NCBI GenBank assembly: GCA_026770705.1
Contig: JANJGN010000018.1
Coordinates: 78,182,001 to 78,246,000, forward strand
DNA: 64,000 nucleotides
From: Isurus oxyrinchus
Taxonomy: Eukaryota
Direction: 5' to 3'
Shown here piece by piece: positions 1-14,299 of the stretch (the stretch's first letter is position 1; the number at the start of each line of letters is the position of its first letter). The position numbers were made by a program, and so were the translations under genes. The notes under the pieces were generated by a model. That model was not told where the DNA came from, ran no database searches, and saw only the letters and a list, made by a program, of their open reading frames with translations.

Positions 1-289
1 ATCTACTGCTCTTTTCTCTCTTGGTACCAGCTTGGTCACCCCAAAACAAGCGTGCAACCCAGATCTTTAAGTCCCAACAAACCAAGGTACAAGATCCAAC
101 AGCGGGGAAAGGTAAATTATGTTGGACTGGAGGAGAATGGAAAATCTTTGTTTATCACTAATGTTCTGTTGCTTTAAGAGCCTTTGTTAAGAGCTAACTG
201 AATGATTGCTGTTGAAAAGTTACAGACTGTAGAAGTAAATGAGGTTTTCTTTCATTGTTTTCTTTTTTCCAGTGTTTTGTGCCACTGAG

Positions 290-3200
290 CTACAAGGGTA
301 ATTGATCGCACACATGTGGGCTGCTGAAAGCTCCCTGGGAACAGCCAACAGAATTCATAAAGCAAAAGGAATTGCATTCCATCAATATGCTACTGGTTTG
401 TGATCACCCAAAACGAATCCTGCAAGTGAGTGCTCACTTTCCAACTGAGGCAATAGCTTCTGAGAGGGTGAGAAGGGAGTGATCGACGTATGTTGGCTTA
501 CCAGCGAGATTCCAATCCTCCAACCAAACAAAAGTTGACAAACATAAAATTGACTGTGCATCAGGATATTTAGATTTGCCACTGCTTGCAAAGCTCCACA
601 GTAAGTGATATGTCCACAACCCCCACAGCAGTGTGTTTTAGAGAGGATATTTTAAACCTTTTGCATATTGTGACATTCAGTAATGACACAAAGCAAGCTT
701 TCAGATAAGTTTAAATCAGAAGAAAAGATAATGCTTATTCACACCACACCACAAAATGTAAGCACAATGAGAAACAACCACTTCTTCACACAACACAGAC
801 ACACGCACACGAGTGAAGATTGATTCTAGCGAAATAGCATTCATTTAGGTTTTTAACAGAAATACAAGAAGCAAATCATTTGTTTAAGTTTAGTTCATTA
901 AGATGCATTATTGCAGGCCTGTATGGGTTCTCTCTTGTGGTTCCTTGGATGAATGGAAGTTGGAAGCCTCTGGGTTTACAGACAAAGTCATGGCCAAGTT
1001 TCTGTAGAGACAAATATTTGCAGGTGAAGATAAATTAGTCCCCCTCTCACATTGCCTGGGTTGACTGATTGTTCAGACATATTCTATTCCTTTTGTTGGA
1101 GGAATGGTTCCTCTTACCCTGTTGGTTTCCAGACTGAGATATCTCTGAATGGTTCTTGGAATAATAAGATTTATTATCTGAAGTCAGTTTTGATCACATG
1201 ACCATACGATCAATGCTTCTATTGTCTAGATGGATGATTTGAGGTTAGAAGACATTGCTACACAATTGGGGGTTTGGTGAATGGTGGCTGTTCACACCTG
1301 CTTGTGATAAACTGGTTTCCTCATATCTCTTTTTGTTAAGCTTCGAGCTTACAGACACTGGGGCAATCCAAACAATAGAAAATGTAAATTCACAAGTGGT
1401 TTTGTGTCCAACATGACTATTCAAAGGAGGGCATTCCACCCACAGTCATTTACATTTTAAGAACTTTCCAGAGAATTGAATTAATTCTTTGTGCAGAAAT
1501 CATAAAAGGTCACATGCCCCTCGGTGACCACCTTTGTAGCACATTGTCCATAAAGTCAATTTCAAAAAGTTCACATTGAATAAAGTCAGTATGTTGAAAG
1601 TTAGGAATATGGTAACTTTACTGGCATGACAAAAAGTCCCAACAACATGAACATTTATCACACAGGAATAAAGTCAACAAAATTATATATATATATACAC
1701 ATCAACTTACAACGTCATAGGATGATTGGACACCTGTGCCACCTTTGTGCCATTTGAAGTTTTATTGCTTATGTTTTATGCCACTTCTTCTTGGTGCAAC
1801 CCCAACACCCACAGCCGAGGTGGAGGCTGCCTGCTGAGTGTTATGCCTGTTGCTTGAGATTACGTTGGGGCATCCACTGGTGGCCTGTGGCTTAGAGGGC
1901 TCCAGCCTGCTGAGAGTCTCTTTTGCAGGTGCACCCTCTTTGGCATCACCTACTAGATGCCCTGGGGTCACTGACAGAGAGGAAGAGAGGTGCTAGCTCA
2001 CCTTTGATGCATTATGAGATGCCATCCCCGAGACAGATTGCTAGTGCTCCACCCTTTCAGAGAGTGATGGCACCTCCCTGACTCCAGGAGATAAAAGGGT
2101 ACCTGCAGGGAGTTTGAAGGGCCTTGCCCCTTTCTTGCCTAGCCATCACTGTAGACAGCCCATGGCCAGACCGACAGAATGCTGGTCCAAGCTCACATCT
2201 GGTAACCATTGAATGTTCTGCTAGACCTGGCTCTCTTTGGTAGTCACCACACTCTTCCTGGAGGAAGTCATGCACTTACAATCCAGAGCAACGAGAGAAC
2301 CCATGGTTTGGATGAACCCCTCTAATGTTCGCTCTAAGCTGCGCATGGCCTCTGGCATCTCTTCCAAATGTTTCCCAGCTTGTCTCTGTATCTTCAGCTG
2401 GTTTTTGTGGCCATTCCAATCATCAGCTTGGGACTCAGTATGGCCTTTTCTCTAGCAGTCCTCCAACTGTCAGGGACCTCAGCTGTCAAATCCTCCATCA
2501 GCTGCTGCAACATGTCCTTGATGTGTTCACCAGACTGTGACCCTGAGTCTAATCACAAATGCACCCCTACCGACGTGACTGCCTCTGCACAGGTGGAGGC
2601 TGTGGAGGGATGATGTGATGGTGCACCGTCTTGGAGAGCAGCATCATCATCTTCCAAGATGGAGTCCTGTCTTCCTGCAGACTGTATACGTCATCTCTCC
2701 TGCCTGTCACGAACTGTAGTGGAGAACACAAAGAATTACCTTGCCATTATGCACAATCCCTTTTCCCAGTGCAGCGTCACAAGTCTCCTATATGCCCAGT
2801 TCTCGACACCTGGTTGGAGACATCCTACTCTGTTGTCTCGACACTTTGGCCTCACCATCTGCAACTGAGCACCTGCTGTGCTCCCTGGCCAGTTTGACAG
2901 CCTCCTCCTTTGCAGCATAAAAGTAAAAAACTGCGGATGTTGGAAATCCAAAACAAAAACAAAAATACCTGGAAAAACTCAGCAGGTCTGGCAGCATCTG
3001 CGGAGAGGAACACAGTTAACGTTTCGAGTCCGAATGACCCTTCAATAGTTCTGTTGAAGAGTCATTCGGATTTGAAACATTAACTGTGTTCCTCTCCGCA
3101 GATGCTGCCAGACCTGCTGAATTTTTCCAGGTATTTTTGTTTTTGTTTTGTCCTCCTTTGCAGGGGTCAACTTGCAGATATCAGGAACAATCTTCGAGCA

Positions 3201-4122
3201 CTCCCTGATGTTATGCACTCTTTTGTTCTGCAGAAGGAGTGAGTTTCGACAGCAAAACCTTTAAAGAGCATGCACATGTCACCTCCCTGTCACCTCTGTT
3301 TCTCTTTCCACAGGTGCTGCCAGGCCTGATGAGATTTTCCAGCACTTTCTGTTGTTATGTCACCTCCCAAGTAAGCTCTCCACACACACACACCTGCCCC
3401 CTGGTACAAATTGCACAGCGTGAACGGCCTCCCACACGTTCCATCCACATTTTCCATCTGATTCTGAGGACGAGAACGCAAATCCCTGCCTGGCATTCCA
3501 CTCCACTGGCATAGCTTGATGCCATCATGAGAGTCACTTTGCAGTGACTTTACCGTGCCACTTACCATCATGGAGTGCATGAGGTCATTGACCCGTTTGT
3601 GGCATTGGACCCAGTTTCGCTTGTGGACCCCACAGCTGCTCACCTCTGCTGCAATCTCTGCCATGCCGCCTCGGTCAGGCAGGAGGGTTGCCAGCTGCCA
3701 TTGCTGGGAAATAGGATCTCCTGGTGGAGAACCTGCAGGGAGGCATTGCCAAGCCATGGAGCCACTCGTTCTCTGCACTTGTCTCCATTTTTGAATGGTG
3801 ATCAGGAAAAAACACATGGTGAGGGGGTAGCAGCAGCTCCAGTTCAAAGTCCAGAATGATGCTGCTTATTTGCAGGGACTGGGGACTTGTCCGGGTGCAG
3901 TTTAAATATGACACCCAGACCTTCAGCCCCGTGAGGTAATGACGGTGTTGGTGACTACCTACCTGCCCCACTGCACAATCAGCTGGGCCCTTCAACTCTG
4001 AATGTATACTTGGCTGGTTGCCACATGACTGCGCATAGCCAGTGATCCTGCTTTCAAGCAGAAGTCCAGTGTGGTCCTGGTCCCACTGTTGGGGCACTAG
4101 CCGCTGCAACAGAATTCTGCCC
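290..4122. mobile_element. Old Harbinger/PIF DNA transposon (transposase fragment on +, Myb/SANT gene on -), interrupted by other insertions
   Basis: 290-620 (+) reads QGVIDRTHV...SINMLLVCDHPKRILQVSAHFP. ORF 3290..3847 (-) has Myb/SANT-like EIAAEVSSCGVHKRNWVQCHKRVNDL. TIR-like end gaattctgccc at about 4122. Confidence 0.7.
2916..3150. mobile_element. Penelope-like element terminal fragments in inverted (fold-back) arrangement
   Basis: 2949-3048 and 3051-3150 are near-perfect reverse complements. The arms match the 3' ends of the Penelope copies at 20633 and 23723. 13-bp TSD tcctcctttgcag at 2903-2915 and 3151-3163. Confidence 0.85.
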
Positions 4123-4429
4123 GACGTCACACTTTAAAGGGGAAACATCAGATTGAAAGGAGTGAAAAAGAACTGTCCCTAAATTTAACATGGGGACGGA
4201 TTTTGCCATACCAATACTGACAACACATTCGGGTGTCACTAAAATGGGCTTTATACCAAATAATTTTTAATCCACCAGATAGAAACCTGAATTGAACTTT
4301 TTAAAACAGACATTGTAAGAACACAGAGACTAAAATTGAACTCGCAACCCCAATTTCCATTACTATTCATTCCACATCCCAATTCACAGGAGTGGAGTCA
4401 GTCTATCTGCAAAACCCAATCAAGGGGAC

Positions 4430-6282
4430 ACCTCACTGCATGTCATCATCAATCTCCACAAATCATAAATCTAGCAGCCATGAGGGCCTCCCGAGCACAC
4501 CTGCCTCACCCCGCTGCAGTGCCAGGTTGTAAGGGGCGCAGCAGATGATGACAATGATGCGTGACACCCTCTCTGGACAGTATTGAAGGGCTCCATCAGC
4601 CCGGTCCAGGCACTGGAACCGCATCTTCAGCATCCTGATGGTCTGCTCCACCGAGTTGCGAGTTGCAACATAAGCCTCATTATAGTGTCGCTCTGCTGCA
4701 GTCTGAGGCCACCGCACGGGTGTCATCAGCCACGGCCTCTGCCAGTAGTCCTTGTCCCCGCGGAGCCATCTCTGCAGCTTCTGTGGACCCTGGAAGACTC
4801 CAGGGATCTGTGACCGATTGAGAATGTAGGAGTCATGCACACTCCTTGGAAACCATGCACACATCTGCAGGATGCATTTCTGGTGGTGGCACACCAGCTG
4901 CACATTCAGCAAATGGAAGTCCTTGCGCTTGATGTCATCCACAGTGTGTAGCCATGGAGGCCTGAGCACCACATGGGTGCAGTCGATCGCACCATGCACT
5001 TGTGGGAATCTCGAGATCTGGGAGAATCCAGTGGCCCTTGCACCCAGGCTGTCACGGTCCTGGTTGAAATGCTCAAAGTTGTGTACCCTCAAGAAGATGG
5101 CATCCGTGACCTCAGGAATGTATTTGTGGGTGGAGGCTTGTGATATCTCACAGAGTCTCCTGTGGAGCCCTGAAAGGAGCCACTGGCGTAAAAATTGAGC
5201 GCCGTGGTCACTTTCATGGCCACTGATAGTGGATGCCCTCCATGCCCCTTGGCGCTAAGTGGCAGATGTGAGCGACCAGGTCCTTAGCCATGTCCCTAGC
5301 ACCGGCGACACTGTTTGTCGGTCATCTTCAGGAATGACAGGTGGCGTCTACAGACTCTGGGTGTTGCTCTGTGCTGACCAACCATGGCTCACTGTCACTC
5401 CTGGGCAGAGTGTGGGGGAGCCCAGCAGCTCCTTTTCCCTAAGGTTGCTGCTCCTGCCTTTGCGCAGCCACGAGCCCCAGTCACTGTCTTCTCCTTCTTC
5501 TCTGCTCTCTGTAGGCCATTATTTAAGGTCTGAAGCGCTTGGTGGCACTTTGGTGCCTCTGTATTGCTTGCATGGGCGGGCGGTCTAGGAGCCCAGCCCC
5601 AATCATATCACCGTGGCTGCGCCTGAACTGTTTCAGCTGCCAAGGAATGGTCAGTTTATACAAGTGTCCCTACTGTGTGGCCACTTCCCTTGCCTACCCT
5701 GCACCACCCGCCCTCGATTTTTTTGTGCACGGGATCCTATGCCAGGGCAGCAGTTGCCCCCCCTCCCCGCTCAACCTGACAACAGTCGCCACCGAGGCTG
5801 GAGAGCTGTTGCCCTGGGACACCATCCCCAACCCCCCTGCCCCCAACAACTGTCGCCTCTGAGGCTGGGCAGCAGTTGCCCCCGACAACCCCCCCAACAA
5901 CAGTTGTCTGTATGGCAGGGCGGCACTTCACCCCAGTCCCCCGGTGCCATGCAACCCTGGTGAGCTCTGCAAAATGACTCTGTTCACCCACCTCCAATAC
6001 CCGCAAGGTGAAGACTGCCAAGTGCACATTGCCTGCGTGCTTTCCCGCCAATGTGCTCAGGCGATCCAGCGGGGGTCCAAGAGCCTGGCAGGATGGCCTT
6101 TTATTGATATGCTGATGTATTATAATGCGATCCCTGATGACTGTTGGCGGGAAATGTAGCATCGGCGGGCTGAGTGGACGATCGTGACCTGCCTTCCCGT
6201 CATTGTGAAACCAACCACGCCATATTGTCCGCGCAATGCCACCTATCATGCCCGCTGCTGGTGGGCATGGAAAATTCAGCCC
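4430..6282 (-). mobile_element. Harbinger transposon, HARBI1-like DDE transposase half (decayed)
   Basis: ORF 4463..5092 with GAIDCTHV, SVHDSYIL, GDKDY and VEQTIRMLKMRF. TIR ggaaaattcagccc at about 6269-6282. Homologous to the copies at 32287 and 54935. Confidence 0.88.
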
Positions 6283-6364
6283 AAGACTTCAGGTGAGTGT
6301 GAAGGACTCACATTTCCTGTATCATGAGCAAGTCATCTATGGCAAATCACCACAGATATTTAAC

Positions 6365-7724
6365 TGTAGCGGTAAGCCATTGAAACTCATCGTTTGTACA
6401 ATGGAACCCTGACTAGGTTAGCTTGCAGACATGAGCTAATCAAGCAACTTTGGAATACATGGACAATGTATTTTTTGAATTGCCTGTCAGTTGCAGAAGG
6501 AAGGTCACATGACAATCCAACCCTTTGTATTGTTAGGGGGGGAATATAGGGGTATAGTAAGAACTTATTGAAAGGGAACAAATTATTTAAAATCTCCAAG
6601 CAGCCAGTGCTACCAAGCACATTGGCAGTCAAAGGTTGCCAGATGAACCTTGCACAGCCTTAGGGCCTGCAAACAACAGAAAGGCCTTGGGAGCTGGACT
6701 GGAGTCAGAGCATTGACAATAACAACTAAGATTAAGTGTGCTCTTCAACAGATAGGGGAAGAACAGATGGTCCTAGTTTAGCTAGGAGGGATGGTCTCTG
6801 CCTGGGTAAAAACAAATAGCGACATACGGTGCATGTACTTGTTACCAGAGATGTCTGTTTAATGTAAACCTATATGTTGACGAGATCGGAATCTGGAAAC
6901 TGTTCTTGTACGTGATCAATAATGTATAAATATACCGAATACTTGTAATTTAGCAGAGTGCTATCTCAAGCTGCATTGGGATGGTTCTCTCCTTGCAATT
7001 GCTTGAATAAACGATTGTGACCTGAACCTGACACTCCTGTGGTCCGTTTGTCAAAGTGACCACAACATTATATTTTAAGCAGATGTTTTCTCAGCAGAAA
7101 TGAAGTCAAGCAGCTTAGGCAAAAGACCTAAGCGGGGTCCCTCCTGCCAACTTTTCTCTCCAACCCACCTGGTAAGCTTTGAGCCTTGTTTACTGACTAT
7201 GATCTTCCAAGTGCAGACAGAGATTTCTTAATAGAACCCAACCCAACACTACTGTCTCCCGAAGAACAACCAACTCAGTCATCTGCATCTTTAAATTAGA
7301 AGCATCAAGACTATCAAATTCAGCCTGAAGTCAGGAAAGTCACCTAACTACAGTTTGTATACTCTTCTACATTTTTCATGGACTCTAATTTGGCCAACCT
7401 ATCCTTCCCCACACTGTAATTTGTAATTATGTGTGCAAACTTCAAGAGTGTGTGTCTGTGAAAGTCAGTGCGTACTTTGTTATTTAATTTAAATAGGACT
7501 AAGTATAATAAAGCTAACTTATTGCTTTGTTAGATTCAAGAAAACCTGGCCTAATGGTTCTCTCATGATCACAGCACATAAACTGTTAAGCACTCACATT
7601 CTTTTCAAACAAAAAAAATTTTGTGGTCAAACAAGGTGAGGAAAAATAAGGGAGCCATTTGACTTCAAATGAGGAGAGGGCAAAGAGGGGAGTCATTAGA
7701 ACCCTCCTCACCTGGTTGTACCAC
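6365..7724. mobile_element. LTR-like element (older) interrupted by a solo LTR
   Basis: Starts tgtag and ends ...accaca; loosely similar to the LTR-like sequence at about 19160-20435; no coding remnant. Confidence 0.4.
6531..7067 (+). mobile_element. Solo LTR (about 537 bp)
   Basis: TGTT...AACA termini, TATA-like gtataaata at about 6924, AATAAA at about 7006, near-identical flanks ttgtat/ttatat. Confidence 0.65.
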
Positions 7725-8379
7725 AGGGTTCATTGATACTGGAGGTCTCACAACTTCCAGAGTGCAAACACTGTAGTGTGCTAATCTGAAAGGCAGAGTG
7801 GTCCAACCAATGCTACTCTCAAGAGTTCGCTACTTCAGACAGCAAGTATGGAACCAACATGAGCTTGGGCGAATTGCTCACTAATCATTAATTGATTGCA
7901 CTTGATAATTTTAGACTTGATATTTCCTGGTGTAAGGAGCCTCCTCTCAGTTAACAAATGCTTAGTGAGGTGGTTCACAGTGGAAAGGATCCTTTGCAAA
8001 TTAAAATGGATTCGTTTTTTTTTTAACATGAAGCCTTTTAGAAATCTGATCCACTTACTAAAATGTAAAATCTAGGACCTCGTAGCATTATTTTTCAGAT
8101 TTTTAAAATATTCCTTTTTAAAATGATTTATTTGATCAAAATTATTGTAATTTTTAAAAATATGTCTAAATTTTAAATTTGTAAAATTAATCATGTCCAT
8201 TAAATCTGCTTTTCCAATGCTTTTTTCCTGCAGCAATCTGCTTAGTACAGTTTATGTGGTGCTATGATTAAAAGCCACACCCACAGCTGACGGCCATTTT
8301 CACCGGCATTACACAGCACTGCTGGGCCTTGTTGAAGCCGAGAAAAGAAAAAAGTCTTATTAGGAGAAATGAAAAGCAG

Positions 8380-11330
8380 ACCGTGACAGGAAGGGATAAA
8401 GATTACAGATCTAACAGTAAATCAACAGATGAAACTAGAAGTTATTAAAGGAATAAAACGAAACGTTCTGTATCTGAATGTACGTAGCATTCAAAGTAAA
8501 ACAGATGACCTGAGACCGCACATAGAAAGAAATAATTACAATTTGATAGCCATCACAGAGACATGGCTGAAGGAGGGCATGGATTGGACCTGAATATTGA
8601 AGGGTACCGGATATTTAGGGAGGACAGGAAGTAAGGAAAAGGTAGAGGGGTGGCTCTGTTAGCTAATGATGGTATTCGTGCAATGGAGAGGGGTGACCTA
8701 AGTTCAGGAAACCAGGATGTGGAAACAGTTTGGGTAGAGATGAGAAATGGTAAAGGCAAGAAGTCACTTGTAGGAGTTATGTACAGATCCCTGAACAGTA
8801 ACCACATGGTAGGGTTGAGCATAAAGGAAGAAATAATGGGAGCTTGTCAGAAAGACACATAGTAATCTTGGGAGATTTTAATTTGTATATAGACTAGAAA
8901 AGTCAGATGGGCAAAGATCGCCTAGTACTTTGAATGTTTTCGGGATAGTTTCTTGGAACTGCATGTTCTGGAGCAGGCTATACTAGACCTGGTATTGTGC
9001 AGAGGTGGGAGTAATTAATGATCTCATAGTAAAGATGCCCCTGGAAGCAACGACCATAATATGGTTGAATTTTTCATTCAGTTTGAGGGAGAGAGAAGTG
9101 GGTCTAAGACTAAGTTTTTAAACTTAAATAAGGGCAATTATGAGGGCATGAAATCTGAGCTGGCGAAAGTGAATTGGCAAATTAAGTTAAGGGGTAGGTC
9201 AATAGAGATGCAGTAGCTAATATTTAAAGGGGATATTTCAGAATGCACAGAATAGATACATTCCAATAAGTAAGAAAAGTCCAAAGGACAGACACACCAT
9301 CTGTGGTTAACTAGAAAGGTTAAAGATACTATCATACTTAAAGGAAAAGCATATAGTTGTGCAAAGATAGGTGGAGGGCCAGAAGGTTGGACAGAATGTA
9401 AGGAGCAGCAAAGAATGACTAAAAGACTAATAAAGAGGGAAAAATTAGAGTATGAGAGAAAGCTAGCCAGAAATGTAAAAACAGGTAGTAAGAGTTTTTA
9501 TAAATATTTAAAAATAAAAGAGTTAACAAATTGAACATTGGTCCTATAGAATGTGAGTCTGGAGAATGGATAATGGAAAACAAGGAGATGGCAAATGAAT
9601 TGAATAGGTATTTTGCTACAGTCTTCACTACAGAGGATACAAGTAACATGCCAGAAGTGGCTATAAACCAGGAAATGGAAGTGGGGGATGAAGTCAAGAA
9701 AATTACAGTCACCAGAGAAGTGGTACTGAGTAAATTGTTGGAGCTGCAGGCTTTCAAGAGCCCAGATACTGATGGACTTCTTTCTAGCGTCATATAAGAA
9801 GTGTCTAGTGAGATAGCTGATGCATTGGTTTTAATTTTCCAAAACTTCCTAGATTCAGTGAAGGTCCCATTAGGTTGGAAGATAGCAAATGTAACTCCAT
9901 TATTTAAATAGGGAGGGAGGCAGAAAGCGGAACACTACAGGTCAGTTAGATTAACATCTGTCATATGGAAAATATTAGAAACTATTTTTAAAGAAGTTAT
10001 AGCAGGGCACTTGGATAAGCTCAAGGTCATCAGGCAGAGTCAACATGGCTTTGTGAAAGGGAAATCATGTTCAACCAACTTATTGGAGTTCTTTGAGAGA
10101 GTAACATGTGCTATGGATGAAAGGGAACCAGTGGATGTACTGTATTTAGATTTCCAGAAGGCATTTGATAAAGTGCCACACCAAAGGCTATTGTGGAAAA
10201 TAAAAGCTCATGGTATGGGGGGTAACATATTGGCATGGATAGAAGATTGGCTGGCTAACAGAAAGCAGAGAGTAGGCATAAATGGGTCTTTTTCATGTGG
10301 GAAGACGCAACAAGTGGCATGTCACAGAGCGCTACTGTTTACAATTAATATAAATGACTTGGATGAAGGGATTGAAGGGATGGTTGCCAAATTTTCTGAT
10401 GACACAAAGATCGGTGGGAAAGTAAATTGTGAAGAGTACATTAGGAGGCTACAAACAGGTATAGATAGGTTAAGTGAGTGGGCGAGGATCTGGCAGATGG
10501 AGTTTAATTTGGGAAAATGTGAAATTGTCTATTTTGGCAGGAAGGATAGAAGAGAAGCACATTATCTAAATGGTGAGAGATTGCAGAGCTCTGAGGTGCA
10601 GAGGGATCTGGGTGTCCTAGTTCATGAATCACAAAAGGCTAGTATGCAGGTACAGCAAGTAATTAGGGAAGCTAATAGAATGTTATCATTTATTGCAAGG
10701 GGAATGGAATACAAAAGTAGGGAGGTTATGCTTCGGTTGTACAGGGCACTGGTGAGACCACATCTGGAGTATTGTGTACAGTATTGGTCACCTTATTTAA
10801 GGAAGGATATAAATGTGGTGGAAGCGTTTCAGAGAAGGTTTACCAGACTAATTCCTGGAATGGGCAGTTGTCTCATGAGGAAAGGTTGGACAGACTAAAT
10901 TTGTATCTACTTCAATTTAGAAAAGTAAGAGGTGACTTGATTAAAACATATAAGATCTTGAGGGGTCTTGACAGGATGGATGTGGAGAGGACATTTCCTC
11001 TTGTGGAAGAATCTAGAACTAGGGTTCACGGTTTAAAAATAAGAGCCACCCATTTAAAACAGGGATGAGGTGAAATTTTTTCACACAGAGGGTCGTGAGT
11101 CTTTGGAACTCTCTTCCTGAAAAGGTGGTGGAACCAGAGTCTTTGAATATTTTTAAGGCAGAGGTGGATAGATTCTTGGTAGGCAAGGGGGTGAGATGTT
11201 ATTGGGGGTAGATGGGATGCAGATTTCAGGTTATTATCAGATCAGCCATGATCTTATTAAATGGCGGAGCAGGCTCGAGGGGCTGAATGACCTACTTCTG
11301 CTTCTTATTTGCAAGCTCATATGTTCATAT
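8380..11330 (+). mobile_element. CR1 LINE, near-complete decayed ORF2 (APE endonuclease + reverse transcriptase)
   Basis: Endonuclease motifs (YLNVRSI, IAITETWL). RT ORF 10011..10898 with QHGFVKGKSC, YLDFQKAFDKVPH, KFSDDTK and LVRPHLEYCVQYWSP. CR1-type 3' UTR. Confidence 0.93.
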
Positions 11331-11344
11331 TTTAACTTCCCTAA

Positions 11345-12919
11345 TGCATCCCAAAATACGCTGTCATATTTCCTTAGCAATTCAGGAACTCCTCCTGCTT
11401 TCTGGCGGAATACATCAGACCAGTCAAGCTTGATATTCTGTAACCAGTCTCAGCCTGGAAGACTAGGTCCTTCTCCTTTCACATTTTAATCAAAGGCAGC
11501 TGGGCTGTCTGCTGCCAGTAAGACACTGGTACAGTAGTAATACCCTTTACCTGAATTGATTCTCCAATGTATGTCTTTAATTAGCAGTCTGCTCCAAGGT
11601 TAGTGGCTGCCTACCTTTATTAAGGTGTTTGGAAGTGTGTTCTCCCACCACTGTAGTTGAGGCTCCCGTATGCACCTTCATTATTAGTGGCTTCTCATTA
11701 ACTTGAATTGTGACAGCGATAGGTTCAGTTTTTACAGCGGTGATGTTGTACAGGGAATAGATGTCGGTGTCAGCAGCTTCAGGTTCTGCTGTATATTTTA
11801 ATTCAATCACGTTTGTTTGCTGCTTTACGGGCTTTTTCAATTTTATCCTGCATTTCCTTACTATGTGACCTTTCTTATGGCAGTAATGGCATCCTGCCTC
11901 CTTGAATCTGCAGGTGTTCAGTCTGTGGTCACCCCCACATCTACAACAACATAAATTTGGAGTCACTGCTGAAGTGTTTCTGCTAGGCCGTTACAAGTTT
12001 CTAACAACAGACATTGCATCTCACTTCGATGCTGTGGGTCTAGTTTTCATGCCACGCTCGGCAGTAGGTTCCTGCTCAACATGAATAACAGCGCCATGTT
12101 ATATGTGTTGCAAAGCCTGTAAGTCTCTTGTAGTGCTTTCCATGGCAAGGGAGATATCTAGAGCGCGTTAAAAATCTAAGTCAACCTCAGTGAGTAAACA
12201 GCGCTGTATGGCGACATTCTAAACTCCACAAACTAATCAGTCCCACACCGTATCATCTAATGTGCCCCCGAAGTCACAGTTCTGTCAACTGCTTTAGGTT
12301 TGCTATATAGGTTGCGTTGGACTCTCCTGGGGCCCTAACCCTGGATTAAATTTAAAACGCTGCATGATTGTAGATGGCTTTGGCTGGAATTGCGTTTTCA
12401 CAAGGTCCACTCATTCCTTGTAGGACTTAGAATTGGGCGCGTTTGGGGCTGTCAGGTTGCGAACGAGATTGTTTGTCTTACCTCCACATATATTCAAAAG
12501 GATGGCTTTCTGCATTTCCTCCGTGGTAATTATGTTCACTATAAAATAAAAACCAAGGTGCTCTACATGCTGTCTCCAGTCTTCCATAGTCACATCATAA
12601 GGATCGATTCTGCTGAAGAGTGGCAAGGCTAGTGAGTAGTCTCTTTCTTTTCCTTAAGATTTGATGTACTCACATTAACAAGGTTTTGGTGCAGAGTCAG
12701 AGTTATTTTACCCTCGTTGCCAAATGTAGTGATTTGACGGAGTGGACAGGTTTCAACAAAAAACAGATAAACTTTATTACAGAGAGCTTTTCAGGTGCTA
12801 GATGATTGTTAAAACCCCTTCCTGGATTGCCCACACTAAGGGCTCATTGGTCAGAGCCTCCTAGAATGTCACATGACCCCTGATAGACAGCAGGAGAGGC
12901 TTTACCTTCAGTTACTACT
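11345..12919 (-). mobile_element. Gypsy LTR retrotransposon remnant (5' LTR, PBS, gag, zinc knuckles, protease)
   Basis: LTR about 12726-12919, followed on - by PBS-like TGGCAACGAGG. gag ORF 12411..12626. ORF 11577..11966 with CCRCGGDH, CHYCHKKGHIVRKC and degenerate protease VHTGAS. Confidence 0.85.
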
Positions 12920-14299
12920 TGCACCATCGCTGCACAACTGCCTGCGAATACTGGCCTCGATTTTTCTTTTTTTCAGCATTGAAAGAGGTACATGACTTAT
13001 TGAAAAATTATTTTGTTGTCAAGAGAAGGCAATACAAGGGTGTTAAACATTGAGATATGAGCCATGTTGACTGTACATTCTAATCTTTTCTCTTGATATA
13101 CTAAATGAATATCTTGGTATCTGTATGAGTAAAGTTCTGGCATAATGCGAGCTATGATTGAATAATGTAATTGGTTAAAGTTACACATATTCATAGTTAA
13201 GAAGGAATGTCACAGCACAGATGTGGAAAGCTGTTTATTCTCAAATAAATCTAGTCAGTAAATAACTAATTGTTTAAGGGTGCAATGTCTATAGCCATAA
13301 AGGTAAATGTAATTATGTCATAAACCAACGTGCTGTCTGTAACTAATACAATCAGAACACATCTATATATGAATGAGATGGTGAAGTTTTAAAGCTAAAG
13401 AGAAGCAAACAATTGAGACAATGATGTGTTCATGTTTGTTATTTCATTTAAATGTGAAACATTTTAGTGGCAGAGGCCAGTCCTGTATAATGAAATGTTA
13501 GAAGCATCAGAGATAAGCAACATTTTTGAACTTTGAACTTTGACTTTTTGTTGAAACCTGAATGCATTTTTCTGTGCCATATGTTTGACAGTTACATAAT
13601 AAAGAGAATGTTATAATGAACTCCAAGTTTGTGCTTATTGAAGTTGAATTCATTTTGTCACATTTCAAATTTAATGCCATTAAAAAACAACTTTTTTTAA
13701 TTAGACCTTAGCCTCTTAAATGGTGCATGGTTTGACTTTGGGCAAATCAGAAATCCATTTATGTTTTTCCTGGTTGTTATTTCCATTGGCCTTAGGTGAA
13801 CCAATCTCCACAAACAGGCATTAGTTTCCTCATTCATAAATACAAAGAGCCTAACTTCTATTTGAGGCTGGTAATGCCCAACAATATTTGACCATTTTCT
13901 AATATGATGACAGGCTCAGTTCTGGCTGGAAATCTGTATACACTTTCTGCTCCTATACTGGGGGCTTAAAAGGCCTGTCAGCTCCCAAAAATCAATGAGT
14001 TTGGAGAACCTGAGGGAGGCCTATTTTAAAAATTATAAATCTTATTCCTTTTTATTTGTAAAACTTTGGAGGCAACACTTTTTTCATCAACCTTTTAATG
14101 TGGTGCTTGCATGCAGGTTATGATGTTCCTGTCCATTGTACAGAGTCTGATGCTAATTCAAGAAACTGGGTCTAACTAAAACATGACTTAAAATTAATCA
14201 CTGAACTAAAAATGCTCGATATCGTCTGCAGTATATATCCCAGCCCTAGGGGAAGAAATGTGAATCAACTTCAAAAATGTAATGCTATTTTCTGTGCAA

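Noticed and set aside
4463-5092. Domesticated host HARBI1 or NAIF1/MSANTD genes
   Set aside because: There are multiple frameshifted copies bounded by TIRs, so these are transposon relics.
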